Shown here: one piece after another, positions 49,080-64,000 of the stretch
How positions within the stretch are numbered: position 1 is the stretch's first letter
Layout: every line of letters begins with the position of its first letter
Origin: the human T2T-CHM13v2.0 reference genome, Homo sapiens
DNA: 64,000 nucleotides
NCBI RefSeq assembly: GCF_009914755.1
Contig: NC_060940.1
Direction: 5' to 3' (one strand)
Position numbers and translations under genes: made by a program
Notes under the pieces: model-generated
Seen by the model: the letters and a program-made list of their open reading frames with translations, nothing else
What the model was told of the DNA's origin: nothing
Database searches by the model: none

Positions 49080-49228
49080 AAGGGTTGGCAAACTTTTTCT
49101 ATAAAGGGCCAGACAGTAAATATTTCGCCTTTATGAACCACACAGTCTACGTGACAGCTATTCAACTCTGCCCTTGTAGTATAAAAGTTGCCTGTACTGT
49201 TGTTGTATGTATTGAAAATATGTAAGCA
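49080..49228 (+). mobile_element. MER58A-like DNA transposon fragment
   Basis: AGGGTTGGCAAACTTTTTCTATAAAGGGCCAGACAGTAAATATTT. Confidence 0.75.
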
Positions 49229-51335
<2,107 letters not shown>

Positions 51336-51359
51336 TAGTTGTTATTCCAAGCTGCACCA

Positions 51360-51650
51360 TGTTGTAAACCCCTGCCATTTCGCAACCCTAGTCAGAGTGG
51401 AAAATTCCAGTGGGTCTCGGCTGTGAGAAACACCCTACCAGACAAGTTCAGGCCTAACCGCCTGAACCCAGGAAATTCCCTCCTTAGCAGCTAGCCACAT
51501 TGCCTGTCCCTTTTTGCAGCAAGCAAAGACCTGTCCCGTCCTGACCTGTAATTACCCAAGTCTGTAAGCGGGAGTGGGTTCCGGCGCTAGCTGGTGTCCC
51601 CCTCTGCAGGGCTTTGATCTGTGTTGCTGTAGAGCCACCTCCATCCATTC
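51360..51650 (+). mobile_element. Unassigned LTR-like fragment
   Basis: TG start and ERV-LTR-like composition; family not recognised. Confidence 0.3.
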
Positions 51651-51879
51651 CTTCTTCTTTTCCCGCTCTAACAATAGTAACACTTAAAACATACATAGCT
51701 GCTGGTGTCATTAATCTTGCCATTGGTGTTGTTGCTTGATTATTGGTGTAATGTCTACCTCATAGAGTAATCTAGCTCATTCAGTGACATGAGTCATTTA
51801 CAGATGATTTAATGAATATTTTTCATTATCACCTCCCCCTAGGTCCAGAAAAGGCTGCTAACTTTCCCAAGACCTTTTA

Positions 51880-53737
<1,858 letters not shown>

Positions 53738-53799
53738 TCCAGTGTAGGCTGGCTTCAAGGCCTATGGTCTTTGATAGTGTTGTTGCTATGATTTTCCTT

Positions 53800-58415
<4,616 letters not shown>

Positions 58416-58607
58416 AAGGTGACATTTAAGTTCACTGTGGCAGTGAATTTATTATGCAGATAGGAGTTGCATGAATTTTCTCCAAAATATTCAGATATAA
58501 AATTCATTTTTGTCTAAAACAAATCAATCTGACTTAGCCCCCATGTCAGCCATAATTTTTCTCACATCTCGCCTCCATATGTAAAACTCTAGAGAGGAAC
58601 TGATTAG

Positions 58608-59443
<836 letters not shown>

Positions 59444-59624
59444 CTGGCATACCTCAATTCACATGCTCTTCTTTGAGCTTATCATAGTCACCTAGATGGT
59501 GGTCCCATGGGAAGCCAAGCTGGACCATGTGCCCATACCTATGTGTAGCCCGCAATGTGGGGCAATATAATTAGCCACTACCTACCTGCCCTAAGGTCAA
59601 ATACTCTCAACAGAATTGAATTCT

Positions 59625-61056
<1,432 letters not shown>

Positions 61057-61859
61057 TTACATCTGTTTCTGTTCTCATATATAGTCAATGTGTTTTATTT
61101 AGTCACTGCTTTTCTCTAACTCTGGCTATCTCTGGGTGAGATACTCCATGACCTTACTTATAAGCACAAGATGATTTTGAACTGCAAACAAATGGGTTTT
61201 AATCGAGGCAAAACAGTTAACATTGAAAAAGCTAGCTAAATTCTAAGTTGAGAATTAGTTGAAAGGCCTGATTTCACTATTTCTGCAACCAGGACACAGA
61301 CTCCCACACAACCTCTTTTTAAAAATTGCTTTATCTCCAGAAAAGCCAGTTTTCTCAACCAAAGTTCAGTACATTTTTACAGTAACACTGTAAAAAACAC
61401 TGACACCAACAGATTCCAAAGAAAATGAAGCAAGATATAAAACTTAGATTACTACTCATTGAACATATGGCTAGACACTTTATTTAAAGGAAAGGACAAG
61501 GAATTCAGAAGGGCTATAATTAGAAAGAGTCTTCACGCACTGCTCACAAGAATAAGAAGCTTTCCCAGGGCCTTGCACAGATAAGACAATGGCCCCTGAC
61601 ATTTTAAGAAAATGGCCACATTGTACCAGGTCAATCAATGTGAAAAGGTCCACTCCATGAACAGAAAATTGTGTAATGTGACCTGTTTCTTTGTTGTCTA
61701 TTGACACAGGTAAGATAATGGGCTGTGTTTTCTTTGTGGCTATGACGATCGTTTCCCTCTGTAGGACAGACAACCGGGCAGTGATCTGCTGGGTTCAGCC
61801 AATGTGATGAGCAGAAGTGGGAAGAAATCAGTCTCCTGTGCGGATAGAATCAGGAAACC

Positions 61860-63261
<1,402 letters not shown>

Positions 63262-63266
63262 TCACT

Positions 63267-64000
63267 TTATATATATATATTTATATATATATATTTATAT
63301 ATATTTATATATATATTTATATATATTTATATATATATTTATATATATTTATATATATATATTTATATATATTTATATATATTTATATATATTTATATAT
63401 ATATTTATATATATTTATATATATATTTATATATATTTATATATATTTATATATATATTTATATATATTTATATATATTTATATATATTTATATATATAT
63501 TTATATATATTTATATATATATAATTTTTATATATTTATATATATAATTTTTATATATATTTATATATATTATTTATATATATAATTTATATATATTTAT
63601 ATCTATAATTTATATATATATTTATACCTATAATTTATATATATATATAATTTTTATATATATTTATATATATAATTTTTATATATATTTATATATAATT
63701 TATATATATTTATATATATATTTATATATTTATATATATAAATATATATTTATATATTTATATATATAAATATATATTTATATATATATTTATATATTTA
63801 TATATATTTATATATTTATATATAAATATATATATATATATTTATGTATTTATATATAAATATATATTTATATATATATTTATATATTTATATATATTTA
63901 TATATTTATATATAAATATATATATATATATTTATATATTTATATATAAATATATATATATATATTTATATATATATTTATATATTTATATATATTTATA
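63267..64000. repeat. Long interrupted (TA)n/(TATATT)n AT-rich tandem repeat, runs off the window
   Basis: More than 730 bp, nearly all A/T. Confidence 0.97.

Overview
Primate (hominoid-like) non-coding genomic DNA, almost entirely made of transposable elements. I see no host protein-coding gene, tRNA, rRNA or CRISPR array. The centrepiece is a HERV-H provirus (25908-37989, +) with two LTR7s, a perfect tRNA-His primer-binding site and decayed gag/pro/pol. A full-length L1PA4-like LINE-1 inserted antisense into its pol region (29467-35601, 14-bp TSD). L1 ORF1 and ORF2 are disrupted, but the antisense ORF0 is open (87 aa) and points into the HERV-H integrase remnant and 3' LTR. The flanks hold roughly 20 solo or fragmentary ERV LTRs from many families, several with intact TSDs, plus roughly 80-90 Alu copies or fragments (often nested), old MIR/L2/L1M/DNA-transposon relics, and an AT-rich tandem repeat of more than 730 bp at the right edge. 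Family names come from my recall of consensus sequences and need RepeatMasker/Dfam confirmation. I found no demonstrably new biological system; the best leads are regulatory or chimeric-transcript hypotheses.
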